From an uncultured virus (IMG/VR IMGVR_UViG_3300006103_000010) (lineage: Duplodnaviria; Heunggongvirae; Uroviricota; Caudoviricetes), in IMG/VR virus record IMGVR_UViG_3300006103_000010: 56,578 nt of DNA. One strand, given 5' to 3'. The notes below the pieces were generated by a model. The model had not been told where the DNA came from. It searched no databases and saw nothing but the letters and a program-made list of their open reading frames with translations. The position numbers and the translations under genes are program-made. This document shows positions 48,798 to 56,578 of this stretch, in pieces; position 1 is the stretch's first letter, and every line of letters begins with the position of its first letter.

Positions 48798-49439
48798 ATG
48801 CGTAAAGTATCTAGAGCAGAAGAGTTTAACCCCTGGGTTAACATGCGTACCGCTGAGAAGAAGGACGAAGGCGGAGAGAAAACATTCAAGCCACCCAAGG
48901 GTGTGCAGAGTGCTGCTCGCCATGCACTACAGCTTATTGAGGATGGCAAGGCTGGCGATGGTTTCACCAGTGTAGGTCGTGGTCGTGCTCATCAACTAGC
49001 TAATGGTGAGGCAGTCAGTCTGGCTGTTATCAAGAAGATGCACAGCTATTTTGCTCGTCATGCTGTTGACAAGAAGGGCAAGGACTGGGATAGCGACAGC
49101 CCCGGTAAGGTAGCCTGGCTGGCATGGGGTGGCGACGCAGGTCGTGCCTGGGCCAACGGTATCATGCGTGATCACGGTGACAAGGACAGCGAGAGCAAGA
49201 AGAAGGAAGGCAGTGCTGTCACTGCTGGAGCATGGCCTAGTAATAGCGAATGGGAAGGCCATCTTGGTAATTTATCTGAGTTGCTCAAAGAAGTGCAAGG
49301 TGGAACTGGTTGGCATGCTGCTATGGAACAAAAAGAAGAAATGTATGCTCATGAAAGAGCTGGAGAAGCAATACAAAAAGCTATTGATTCTGTTCGTAAA
49401 ATTATGGAGTTTCCTGATTCTACAAAGGATAAGAAATGA
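48798..49439 (+). CDS. Phage head-associated-type protein (AWxxWGGD domain)
   Basis: PPKGV..ARHAL..GRGRAHQL..KKMHSYFARH..VAWLAWGGDAGRAWA. Confidence 0.6.
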   Translation: MRKVSRAEEFNPWVNMRTAEKKDEGGEKTFKPPKGVQSAARHALQLIEDGKAGDGFTSVGRGRAHQLANGEAVSLAVIKKMHSYFARHAVDKKGKDWDSDSPGKVAWLAWGGDAGRAWANGIMRDHGDKDSESKKKEGSAVTAGAWPSNSEWEGHLGNLSELLKEVQGGTGWHAAMEQKEEMYAHERAGEAIQKAIDSVRKIMEFPDSTKDKK

Positions 49440-49606
49440 GCTTCAATGAACGTTATGCTGCTGAAAAGACTGCCAATCAATACGTTAAGCAACAAGGCGA
49501 CAAGTGGGTTGTTCTAAACAAAGAAGGTGACGTGCTGAGCCATCATGACAGCAAAGAAAAAGCCGATGCTTCTTTCTCTGCAATGATGGCCAACAAGCAC
49601 GGATAA
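49436..49606 (+). CDS. Small protein with MSFNERY..KTA leader (56 aa, not in ORF track)
   Basis: MSFNERYAAEKTANQYVKQQGDKWVVLNKEGDVLSHHDSKEKA..; ATGA overlap. Confidence 0.75.
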   Translation: MSFNERYAAEKTANQYVKQQGDKWVVLNKEGDVLSHHDSKEKADASFSAMMANKHG

Positions 49607-49609
49607 ACT

Positions 49610-52348
49610 ATGCCAAGAGTAACCAAGAAGGGCAACGCAAATATCCTGAAGGGGCAACAGGATTTTTTTGAGATTGCCAAGAAGAGCCTGCGCGATGATA
49701 AAGATATACCTGATATCGTCACGTTCACAGAGCACACAGAGTTCTTGGGCAAGCCACTGTTCCCACGCCAGCGCACCCTGCTAAAGCTCATCAACCTGGA
49801 GCTTGATAACCTAACTGACTATGACATGGAAGTTATAGAAGGCTGGACGAAAAACTTCTACCAGGATGGCGGCGAATGCATTGGCATTAGCCCTGACATC
49901 ATGGAGCGTGCCAAGATACTCAAGGCAGATGGCTACAACCACTTCAAAGAAGTTATTAATATCACTGGTCGTCGTGGTGGCAAGGGCCACATCGGTGGCA
50001 TTCAGGGAGCATATATAAACTGGCAGCTGCTCATGCTGGATGACCCACAGTACCACTACGGCATTGACAAGAGCAAGGACATGTACCTGTTCTGTGTGGC
50101 CACCAACATCCAGCAGGCCAAACAGTATCAGTTTGCTGACCTTTCTAACACCATCATTGACGCTCCATGCTTCCAGCCATACATCGCTGACGCAAAGGAT
50201 CACTTCCTGGCACTGCGTACGCCTAGTGACATCAGAAGGATTGCAACGTTCGAGAGCCGTGGCATCAGACCTAACCGACTAATAGCTAGTATCCGGAACA
50301 TGGCTGTTACAAGTAACAGTAAGGCAAGCCGTGGTGCTGCTGCTTTTAGTGTTATGTTTGACGAGTTCGCACACATGCTTGTAGGAACTGACGGTAGCCG
50401 TACCAGTGAGCAGGTATACAGTGCTATCACTCCTGCCCTTGACCAATTCGGCAAGGACGGGTTCATCTATATACCGACAAGCCCCTTCTGCCTAGTACCA
50501 GAAACACCAGTTCTTCTAGAAGATTTAACATGGGCCCCTGTTGGTTCATTGAAGGTCGGAGATAAATTAATTGGTTTTGATGAGTACGCACCTGGCGGCA
50601 AGGGTAATGGAAGAAGCTGGCGGCAAGCAATTGTTGAAGAAACTTCTATCATTAATGCACCAACGCTTAAACTAAAAACAGATGGTCCAGAGGTCGTTTG
50701 CACGGGTGAACACCTTTGGTTAACAAAGAAACCATATGCCTCTCAATTAAACTGGGTAAAAACAAAGAATCTTAAGCCTGGTGACATGATCCGTTATACA
50801 GATACATGGGAAATAGACAAATCATATGATGCAGGATACCTGTCTGGTATGTTTGACGGTGAAGGGTATTATTCTAAACATGGCCTGCTCGGAATTGCTC
50901 AGAATAAAGGTCCAGTGCTAGATAACTTAGTTGAAATGATGATTGAACGAGGATGCGATATTAGCACTACTCTTAAGGAAGAGGGTAGAGACTGCATCGA
51001 TATTACTGTTAATGGTGGTTCATCAGAAAAGATGAAGTTCCTTGGATCAATTCGCCCACGCCGATTGCTTGCTAAATTTACCGATCAGTTCTATGGCACA
51101 AGAATTTATGATAAGACTTCTAAGTACGTTACTGTTGAGTCGATAGAGGATGCTGGTAATCGTGATGTTGTCGCTCTTGGCACCTCTACTAGCACATTGC
51201 TTGCAGCTGGCATGTTTAGCCATAATACTAAGGTAGGCAAGGCATATGATCTGTATGAATCTGCACTTAGCCTAGAGGATGATAAGACACCCAGCTATCC
51301 CAACATGATGATGATACAGCTGCCCAGCTGGGGGCCATACGAGGACTGGGCAGATCCACGCGCAACCTTCGGTGGATTTAAGTTCAATCGTGCTCCACAG
51401 GAGTACGACAACGAGATGAAGCTGCTCGAGAAGCGTGAGCCTGACACCTTTAGGGTGGAGCGTAAGAGCCAGTGGGCTGAAGTAACCAATGCCTATCTTA
51501 ATCCCAAGATGGTTGAGAGGATGTTCGATCCGTTCGTTGACAGCACAGGTGAGACACGCGTGCTAGAAATGCAACCAGAGGGCATGTTCAATATAACTTA
51601 TTATGGACACTGTGACCCCAGTAAGAGCGGTGCTAACACAGCCAGCATGATTTGCCATGTGGAAAAGATGGCTGACCCTGATGATGGTGAAGAGTGGTAC
51701 CATATTATTGTTGACTGGATGAAGGTCTGGAACCCCGATGATTACACTGATGGGGAACTAGACTATGAAGAGATCGAAGAAGAGCTGGTAGATATTCTTT
51801 CGCGATACCGTACCACCAAGACGTTTAGCTTTGACCAGTACGGTGCATTCGTTACCCTGCCACGGCTCAAGCGCAGGCTCAAGCAGCTCAAGCAACCACA
51901 CAAGGTAACCGTAAAGGAAACCAAGTTCACCAAGGAAAGCAACATGCGCCGTGCCGAACGGTTCAAGAGTGCTCTGGGCATGGGCTGGGTACACTCATAC
52001 AAGGATGAATACGGCCCCAACGGAACCAGCTTGCTGGAACAAGAGCTTAAGTTCCTCCAGGAGATTAATGGTCGTGTGGACAAGCAGAAGTTTGGACCCA
52101 TCCGTACCAGTGATATCAGTGACTGTCTGATGGTGTGTGTGGATGCTCTGCTCGAGGATAACTTTATCAAGATAGAGATGCGCGAGCGCCTGAAGAATAC
52201 AGATCTACACCTGGGTGCTCATGGCGGGTACCACACTGGCGCTGTACCCGGATGGGGTCAGCTTAGTTCTAGAGATAAATTAAAAACATTCGGAGCAGTA
52301 CGCAGCCAAAGAGACTACGGTGGCATGAACAGAGGGCGTGGGCGATGA
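49610..52348 (+). CDS. terL: Terminase large subunit with intein
   Basis: Walker A GRRGGK, Walker B VMFDE, TSP coupling motif, nuclease residues in GHCDP, FDQY and SDISD. Confidence 0.92.
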   Translation: MPRVTKKGNANILKGQQDFFEIAKKSLRDDKDIPDIVTFTEHTEFLGKPLFPRQRTLLKLINLELDNLTDYDMEVIEGWTKNFYQDGGECIGISPDIMERAKILKADGYNHFKEVINITGRRGGKGHIGGIQGAYINWQLLMLDDPQYHYGIDKSKDMYLFCVATNIQQAKQYQFADLSNTIIDAPCFQPYIADAKDHFLALRTPSDIRRIATFESRGIRPNRLIASIRNMAVTSNSKASRGAAAFSVMFDEFAHMLVGTDGSRTSEQVYSAITPALDQFGKDGFIYIPTSPFCLVPETPVLLEDLTWAPVGSLKVGDKLIGFDEYAPGGKGNGRSWRQAIVEETSIINAPTLKLKTDGPEVVCTGEHLWLTKKPYASQLNWVKTKNLKPGDMIRYTDTWEIDKSYDAGYLSGMFDGEGYYSKHGLLGIAQNKGPVLDNLVEMMIERGCDISTTLKEEGRDCIDITVNGGSSEKMKFLGSIRPRRLLAKFTDQFYGTRIYDKTSKYVTVESIEDAGNRDVVALGTSTSTLLAAGMFSHNTKVGKAYDLYESALSLEDDKTPSYPNMMMIQLPSWGPYEDWADPRATFGGFKFNRAPQEYDNEMKLLEKREPDTFRVERKSQWAEVTNAYLNPKMVERMFDPFVDSTGETRVLEMQPEGMFNITYYGHCDPSKSGANTASMICHVEKMADPDDGEEWYHIIVDWMKVWNPDDYTDGELDYEEIEEELVDILSRYRTTKTFSFDQYGAFVTLPRLKRRLKQLKQPHKVTVKETKFTKESNMRRAERFKSALGMGWVHSYKDEYGPNGTSLLEQELKFLQEINGRVDKQKFGPIRTSDISDCLMVCVDALLEDNFIKIEMRERLKNTDLHLGAHGGYHTGAVPGWGQLSSRDKLKTFGAVRSQRDYGGMNRGRGR
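50489..51226 (+). mobile_element. Intein (246 aa) with LAGLIDADG-type domain
   Basis: Begins CLVPETPVL, block B CTGEHLW, YLSGMFDGEG, ends SHN followed by Thr. Confidence 0.93.
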
Positions 52349-52656
52349 GCTGGAACATACTATTACAAGCATCATTATATAGTTTATTAGGCTGTGCCTG
52401 CATGGTCGTTAAAGATATTGTCGGCACTGTACTAACAGATGCTATAGCTAATGGCCGTCACAAGCTGGCAGGAAACATGGATGGCATCGGTGACGTGGTT
52501 AGTATAGTACTAGCTTCATGTTCAGGTGTACAGCTAATGCACCTGGGATGGATAGGCTGGCTGTTTATTCTGCCTATTGGTTTAGTAGGCAAGATAACAA
52601 CCGAGCGTGCTACTAAATGGTCAGATGAGAACATCAAAGGATATGATGAGAAATGA
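52345..52656 (+). CDS. Small membrane protein
   Basis: Two to three hydrophobic segments. Confidence 0.65.
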   Translation: MSWNILLQASLYSLLGCACMVVKDIVGTVLTDAIANGRHKLAGNMDGIGDVVSIVLASCSGVQLMHLGWIGWLFILPIGLVGKITTERATKWSDENIKGYDEK

Positions 52657-52829
52657 ACTGGTCAGCAAGATACGCTAGTGAAGAACCTTGGGAAGAAGAA
52701 AACCCGAAGGGCGAAGGCGAACACAAAAAGATGTCACCAGAACAAGTATCACGTGCCAGGGCGCGAGCAGAAGAGCATGGCCGCAAGTACCCTAACCTGG
52801 TTGACAACATGTGGGTAATGAAGAACTAA
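52653..52829 (+). CDS. Small protein with MNWSARYAS leader (58 aa, not in ORF track)
   Basis: ..ARARAEEHGRKYPNLVDNMW..; ATGA overlap. Confidence 0.75.
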   Translation: MNWSARYASEEPWEEENPKGEGEHKKMSPEQVSRARARAEEHGRKYPNLVDNMWVMKN

Positions 52830-53020
52830 TCTAGTATTGGATAAACTTCAATACTCCACATGCCACCTTCAGGATGGTAGCCTTCCCAAAGAGCCAGCTC
52901 TTCATTCTGTTTCCACTCAACTGTAACAGCATTCATAGCTGACTTTAGACTCGAGTACACACCTGAGATCTCATAGTTATCCTGTCCAGTATCATACTGT
53001 AGAACGTAAGCTAAGTTCAT
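52826..53020 (-). CDS. Hypothetical protein
   Basis: Last gene of the convergent minus-strand unit. Confidence 0.65.
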   Translation of the reverse strand: MNLAYVLQYDTGQDNYEISGVYSSLKSAMNAVTVEWKQNEELALWEGYHPEGGMWSIEVYPILD

Positions 53021-53709
53021 TGTTCAATCCGTGTCTGACCGATGTCTGAGTTACGACCGCTGGCATGACCTGCAATGTAACCTGAGCTGAGCATATTGAC
53101 TTCATGGTTGGGACCGGGACGCAGATCATAAGCTTGTGACTGGAAGTATTCTTCTACTGCATGCTGCTTGTCCTTGACATAGATAGCAACAGACTTATCA
53201 TGTGATATGATAGTATTAATTGTTGACTGTCGTGCTTCACGGATACGCTCGTCTACACCTGAGCAATAACCGATATAGAATGACTTGCTCCACTGACGAG
53301 CATCAGACCTGCTATTAGATGTAGCTGATTCTATCTTTTCATCATGCTCTGATTGCATGTGTAGAGATAGTATAGAGTACATACTGATAACAATCTGAAT
53401 ATCGTCGTCATAACCGTACACAATACAATAACCGTTGCCACGTAGCACTCTACAGAAGTTATGCTTGGCGATAGTATCGAGTAAGATACTGTTCATAGTC
53501 TGGTTTGTCTTTATACTGACAAAGTCCTGGGTGACGTATGAGTTACCAGCTTTACTCAGAGCCTTAAGCTGTAGATCGTCAATCTGATACTTGGTGATAA
53601 GACGTTGGGCCATAGCTTGGGCAGCTTCACGTTCACCAAGAAAGTTGCTGCCGTGTGCAAGGTTAAGACACTTCTGAATTCTATCGATTATATTGCTCAA
53701 TGAATCCAC
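53017..53709 (-). CDS. DUF2786 domain protein
   Basis: IIDRIQKCLNLA..EREAAQAMAQRLITKYQI..SFYIGY..GY.AG. Confidence 0.85.
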   Translation of the reverse strand: MDSLSNIIDRIQKCLNLAHGSNFLGEREAAQAMAQRLITKYQIDDLQLKALSKAGNSYVTQDFVSIKTNQTMNSILLDTIAKHNFCRVLRGNGYCIVYGYDDDIQIVISMYSILSLHMQSEHDEKIESATSNSRSDARQWSKSFYIGYCSGVDERIREARQSTINTIISHDKSVAIYVKDKQHAVEEYFQSQAYDLRPGPNHEVNMLSSGYIAGHASGRNSDIGQTRIEQ

Positions 53710-53810
53710 TTATCCTCCCTTGATTTTTCTGTGCTTTGAGAACCGTTGATGATGAACATACCCTCCCTTCATTTTTTTGCCTGTTAAAAATTGTTGATGG
53801 ATGCAGTCCG

Positions 53811-54026
53811 CTAACAGTTCTCCCGCATGCCTTCGAATACATCTTCAAGGTCGTCCGTAATGACGGTCTCGGTAACATAAGTCTCACTGCTTGTGTCCCC
53901 CACGTCTATCCATTTATCCATATTGGGAATGTAAATGTTCCCCTCTGGAAATTTAGCCATTGTTGTCTCCCAGTCGATCTTCCATCCTTCTTCCAGGGTC
54001 CAACTGATTACATAGTTATACTGCAT
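53811..54026 (-). CDS. Hypothetical acidic protein
   Basis: GAGGAG SD before ATG 54026. Confidence 0.6.
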   Translation of the reverse strand: MQYNYVISWTLEEGWKIDWETTMAKFPEGNIYIPNMDKWIDVGDTSSETYVTETVITDDLEDVFEGMRENC

Positions 54027-54259
54027 TACTCCTCTCTTTTTGGTGGTAGTTGTCGCGGCTTGTAAGGTGTGCAAGCCCCATGATGGATCAGCAGATTGCA
54101 AGTGCTAGTTATCATCATGCCCAAGCCGTGCTCCATACCATCATCGATAATGGTCTGATAGATTTTTAGCATCTTGGGCTCTAACAAACTGCCATCTTCC
54201 CAACTCTTGGATTGTGCTGCTAACTTGCTGTGCATTTCAGCTATTTCTTCTTCATTCAT
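54026..54259 (-). CDS. Hypothetical protein
   Basis: Fills the gap with overlapping start and stop. Confidence 0.55.
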   Translation of the reverse strand: MNEEEIAEMHSKLAAQSKSWEDGSLLEPKMLKIYQTIIDDGMEHGLGMMITSTCNLLIHHGACTPYKPRQLPPKREE

Positions 54260-54809
54260 CTTGTTGTGCTCCTGGGCAGTCATAGAATATTGGATTTTCC
54301 CCCTCACAATAGCAGGTCCCTTTACGCTCTACAAGTTCATGATGGGTTTCTGGTATATCCCATTCTTGAACCACGCTCATACCAGTAGCCAGATCATAGT
54401 GATATTCACCACCCCATCCCTGCTCTTCTTCGAAGATCCAGTCCATGCTGACATCGAACCTTTCTTCAACCATGTAGTCTACCAGTGCCATGATGATACC
54501 AGTAGGTTGACTCCAGGCTGTAGAGAAGTCATAGGCAAGCGCCTGATTGTCGTCAGAACGGTACATGTTAACATCGTAAGCATTCCACTTGGTTCCCCAG
54601 TTGGCAATGCGCCAGTTGTACCAGTTATCTGTATGACCTTCATCGGTTGAATTGTACCATGCAATGTCGCTGGGCTCGATCAGGTTATAGAAGTTGAACT
54701 GCGGCATGCCCTCACTCAGTGTGTGTGGCATACCCAGCTTCTTCATGATCCTGGTCAATGCATGTGCGTCACCATTGAATGTGACTGAGTTATATACGTG
54801 ATTTGGCAT
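54252..54809 (-). CDS. DUF1281/YubB-like ferredoxin-fold protein
   Basis: MPNHVYN..WYNWRIANWGTKWNA..FSTAWSQP. Confidence 0.85.
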   Translation of the reverse strand: MPNHVYNSVTFNGDAHALTRIMKKLGMPHTLSEGMPQFNFYNLIEPSDIAWYNSTDEGHTDNWYNWRIANWGTKWNAYDVNMYRSDDNQALAYDFSTAWSQPTGIIMALVDYMVEERFDVSMDWIFEEEQGWGGEYHYDLATGMSVVQEWDIPETHHELVERKGTCYCEGENPIFYDCPGAQQDE

Positions 54810-54812
54810 GAT

Positions 54813-55415
54813 TTACCACCAGCTGTTGTAGTAGACATCGAGTCCGTTCTTGATAGCCTCCCGGCTAGCAGTGATGAACTCCAGGTCGTATTCCTTGTTC
54901 TCATCATCGGCAGAGTCACCGAAGAAGAACCCTGATGTTGCGGGCAGATGACCACGATTGATGGCCGTCTCCAGCTGCTCGAGATCACTAAGAGTCAAGC
55001 GGATTGGCTGACAGTTGAACACTCGTTGAGCAGGAGCACTGAGAAGAGACTGACGCAGTGCATCAGGCATGTTCTCGTTGATTTCCTTTTGCAATCCTGC
55101 TAGTGCTTCACGGATCTCATCAGTCATCTCTTGTTCCTCACCTGTCTCAGGATCCAGAACAATGCTGGTGAATCCAATGTCATCACCCATACCACCTGGC
55201 TTAACTTCACCACGGTAGTTCTGCATGTTGGCCTTGTGATTGAACAGCTTCTCCATCCAACCTTGCAGGTTGGGGTGCTTACGCCACACAGCGAACCTGC
55301 ACATGTTCTCTTGGATGTCTTTACCATCGTATCGTTCACTGTTATCCCAACCGATATAAAAATCGGTGTTATCGGGGTGTGGACGTACAGCAAATGCGTA
55401 TTGGTCGAGTCCCAC
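54813..55415 (-). CDS. Conserved-type phage protein (MGLD..WRKH..GFFFG..YYxSWW)
   Basis: Recognisable phage motif set; function unknown. Confidence 0.75.
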   Translation of the reverse strand: MGLDQYAFAVRPHPDNTDFYIGWDNSERYDGKDIQENMCRFAVWRKHPNLQGWMEKLFNHKANMQNYRGEVKPGGMGDDIGFTSIVLDPETGEEQEMTDEIREALAGLQKEINENMPDALRQSLLSAPAQRVFNCQPIRLTLSDLEQLETAINRGHLPATSGFFFGDSADDENKEYDLEFITASREAIKNGLDVYYNSWW

Positions 55416-55481
55416 GGGACAAGCTCCTTTGATAGTTGTTGTATGATTGGGCAGTTTATACTCATGCCCAGGAGTGTGCTA

Positions 55482-56162
55482 CTACTTGGGCCAGCTGAAC
55501 TGGACTGGCTTGCCACCGATAATAGCCCAACCTGCGGGCACCGCATCACCAGGTGACCAGTTCTCGGGGTCGAACACGGGTTCAACCATCTGCTCAACCT
55601 GCTCAAGCATCTGCATTGCCTCAATCACATCACTTGCGATAGAGTCAATACCAGTCATGTTGTGCCCAGGATCAGCTGCAAACTGGTTGTTGGCCTGATC
55701 CATCAACGTGGCTGGCGGGACAGTCTCTGGTGCAGGGTTGACAACTGGCATAGGACGAGCACCAGCACCACTAACCGGACTGTCAAACCAGTTCATAGTG
55801 CTGTAGAACAGGCTGTCCTGCTCGCTGGACCACTGCATGGTGCGCAAGAACTTGTCACGCAACACCTCACGCGTAACCGTGGCAGGCGGGTAGTGAGCCT
55901 CATCATTGTACATAATAAGAGAGTTAACCACAGCATCCTTGGCACGCTTGGCGGTGTCAAACATGAACTCACCGATAACCTTTCTGGCGCGAGCCTCAGG
56001 TTTATCGGTATAGGTCTCACGAACAACCAGCCGGGCAGGATTGCCAGTAGCAGAGTCTTCGCGATACACACAGAAGGAATAATCCACACGATCACGAGCT
56101 CGAGTGGCATTCCAGCCAGTTTTGTCGGGTCTGGCAACCCAGATGATTGGCTTCACAGCCAA
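55482..56162 (-). CDS. Hypothetical protein
   Basis: AGGAGG SD with TTG start; 226 aa. Confidence 0.7.
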   Translation of the reverse strand: MAVKPIIWVARPDKTGWNATRARDRVDYSFCVYREDSATGNPARLVVRETYTDKPEARARKVIGEFMFDTAKRAKDAVVNSLIMYNDEAHYPPATVTREVLRDKFLRTMQWSSEQDSLFYSTMNWFDSPVSGAGARPMPVVNPAPETVPPATLMDQANNQFAADPGHNMTGIDSIASDVIEAMQMLEQVEQMVEPVFDPENWSPGDAVPAGWAIIGGKPVQFSWPK

Positions 56163-56578
56163 GCCTCCTTACTAGGGATGGATATACTACATGGTCATTC
56201 TATTACATGAGCATGACCAATGCTCACAACCCACAGGAACTCACTGTACTAGTGGGATAAGAACACTATATCTTACTTGATACTTGAACACAAGCCTATA
56301 CTAATAGTATATATAAAAAAATTTTCCCGGCCTCTGTTCAAAGAGATTCCGCACGCGCGCAGCGCCAAGCAGGCAAACGCTTATCGTGCAGTTGTCCCAC
56401 GTGTGCTGTCACGAACACCATCCTGGTAACCGGCATGATAGGCGCAGGTTCCCATCTCACAGGTACACTCGTGCAAGGGCATGACATAGTAATCATCGTA
56501 CCAACCGTCCAGCCACAGGTCACTAGCAGGATCCGGCTCAGGATCATTGGTGTAGATCCATTCCCAACCCTGTTCAAA

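Noticed and set aside
52345..52656. Holin call
   Set aside because: Hydrophobic, but there is no adjacent endolysin; left as a membrane protein.
56163..56340. Promoter, origin or genome terminus in the AT-rich gap with a TGGTCAT/ATGACCA inverted repeat
   Set aside because: Candidate -35/-10 pairs have non-standard spacing and the window ends nearby, so no specific call can be supported.
1..56578. Stop-codon reassignment
   Set aside because: Long conserved genes are intact in the standard code and end in TAA, TAG and TGA; no suppressor tRNA seen.

Overview
A 56.6 kb segment of a large tailed dsDNA phage, probably myovirus-like with an actinobacterial host (WhiB, ThyX, DnaE-type polymerase, a leaderless promoter). 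Order: end of an AT-rich baseplate/tail block (1-4.8 kb); SNF2 helicase and WhiB; an eight-gene sugar synthesis/transfer cluster (7.4-14.1 kb); a tRNA region with an Endo VII-type homing nuclease, split and chimeric tRNAs, thyX and a tRNA-Val-flanked glycosyltransferase cassette (14.3-19.3 kb); UvsE, an HslV-like peptidase, a LuxC-like protein and an Sm-like protein; a replication/recombination module (DnaC-like, DnaB, DnaG, SSB, DnaE, RecA, resolvase, Cas4-like nuclease); a block of mostly orphan genes around an intein-containing terminase (40-52.8 kb); and minus-strand early-type genes. Best candidate for a new system: several proteins in the 40-52.8 kb block share a short N-terminal R[YF]-x(2-4)-KTA-like leader, a possible capsid-targeting/cleavage signal, and the block carries GreA-like, WYL and DEDDh domains. 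All calls come from motif recognition by eye; no searches were run.
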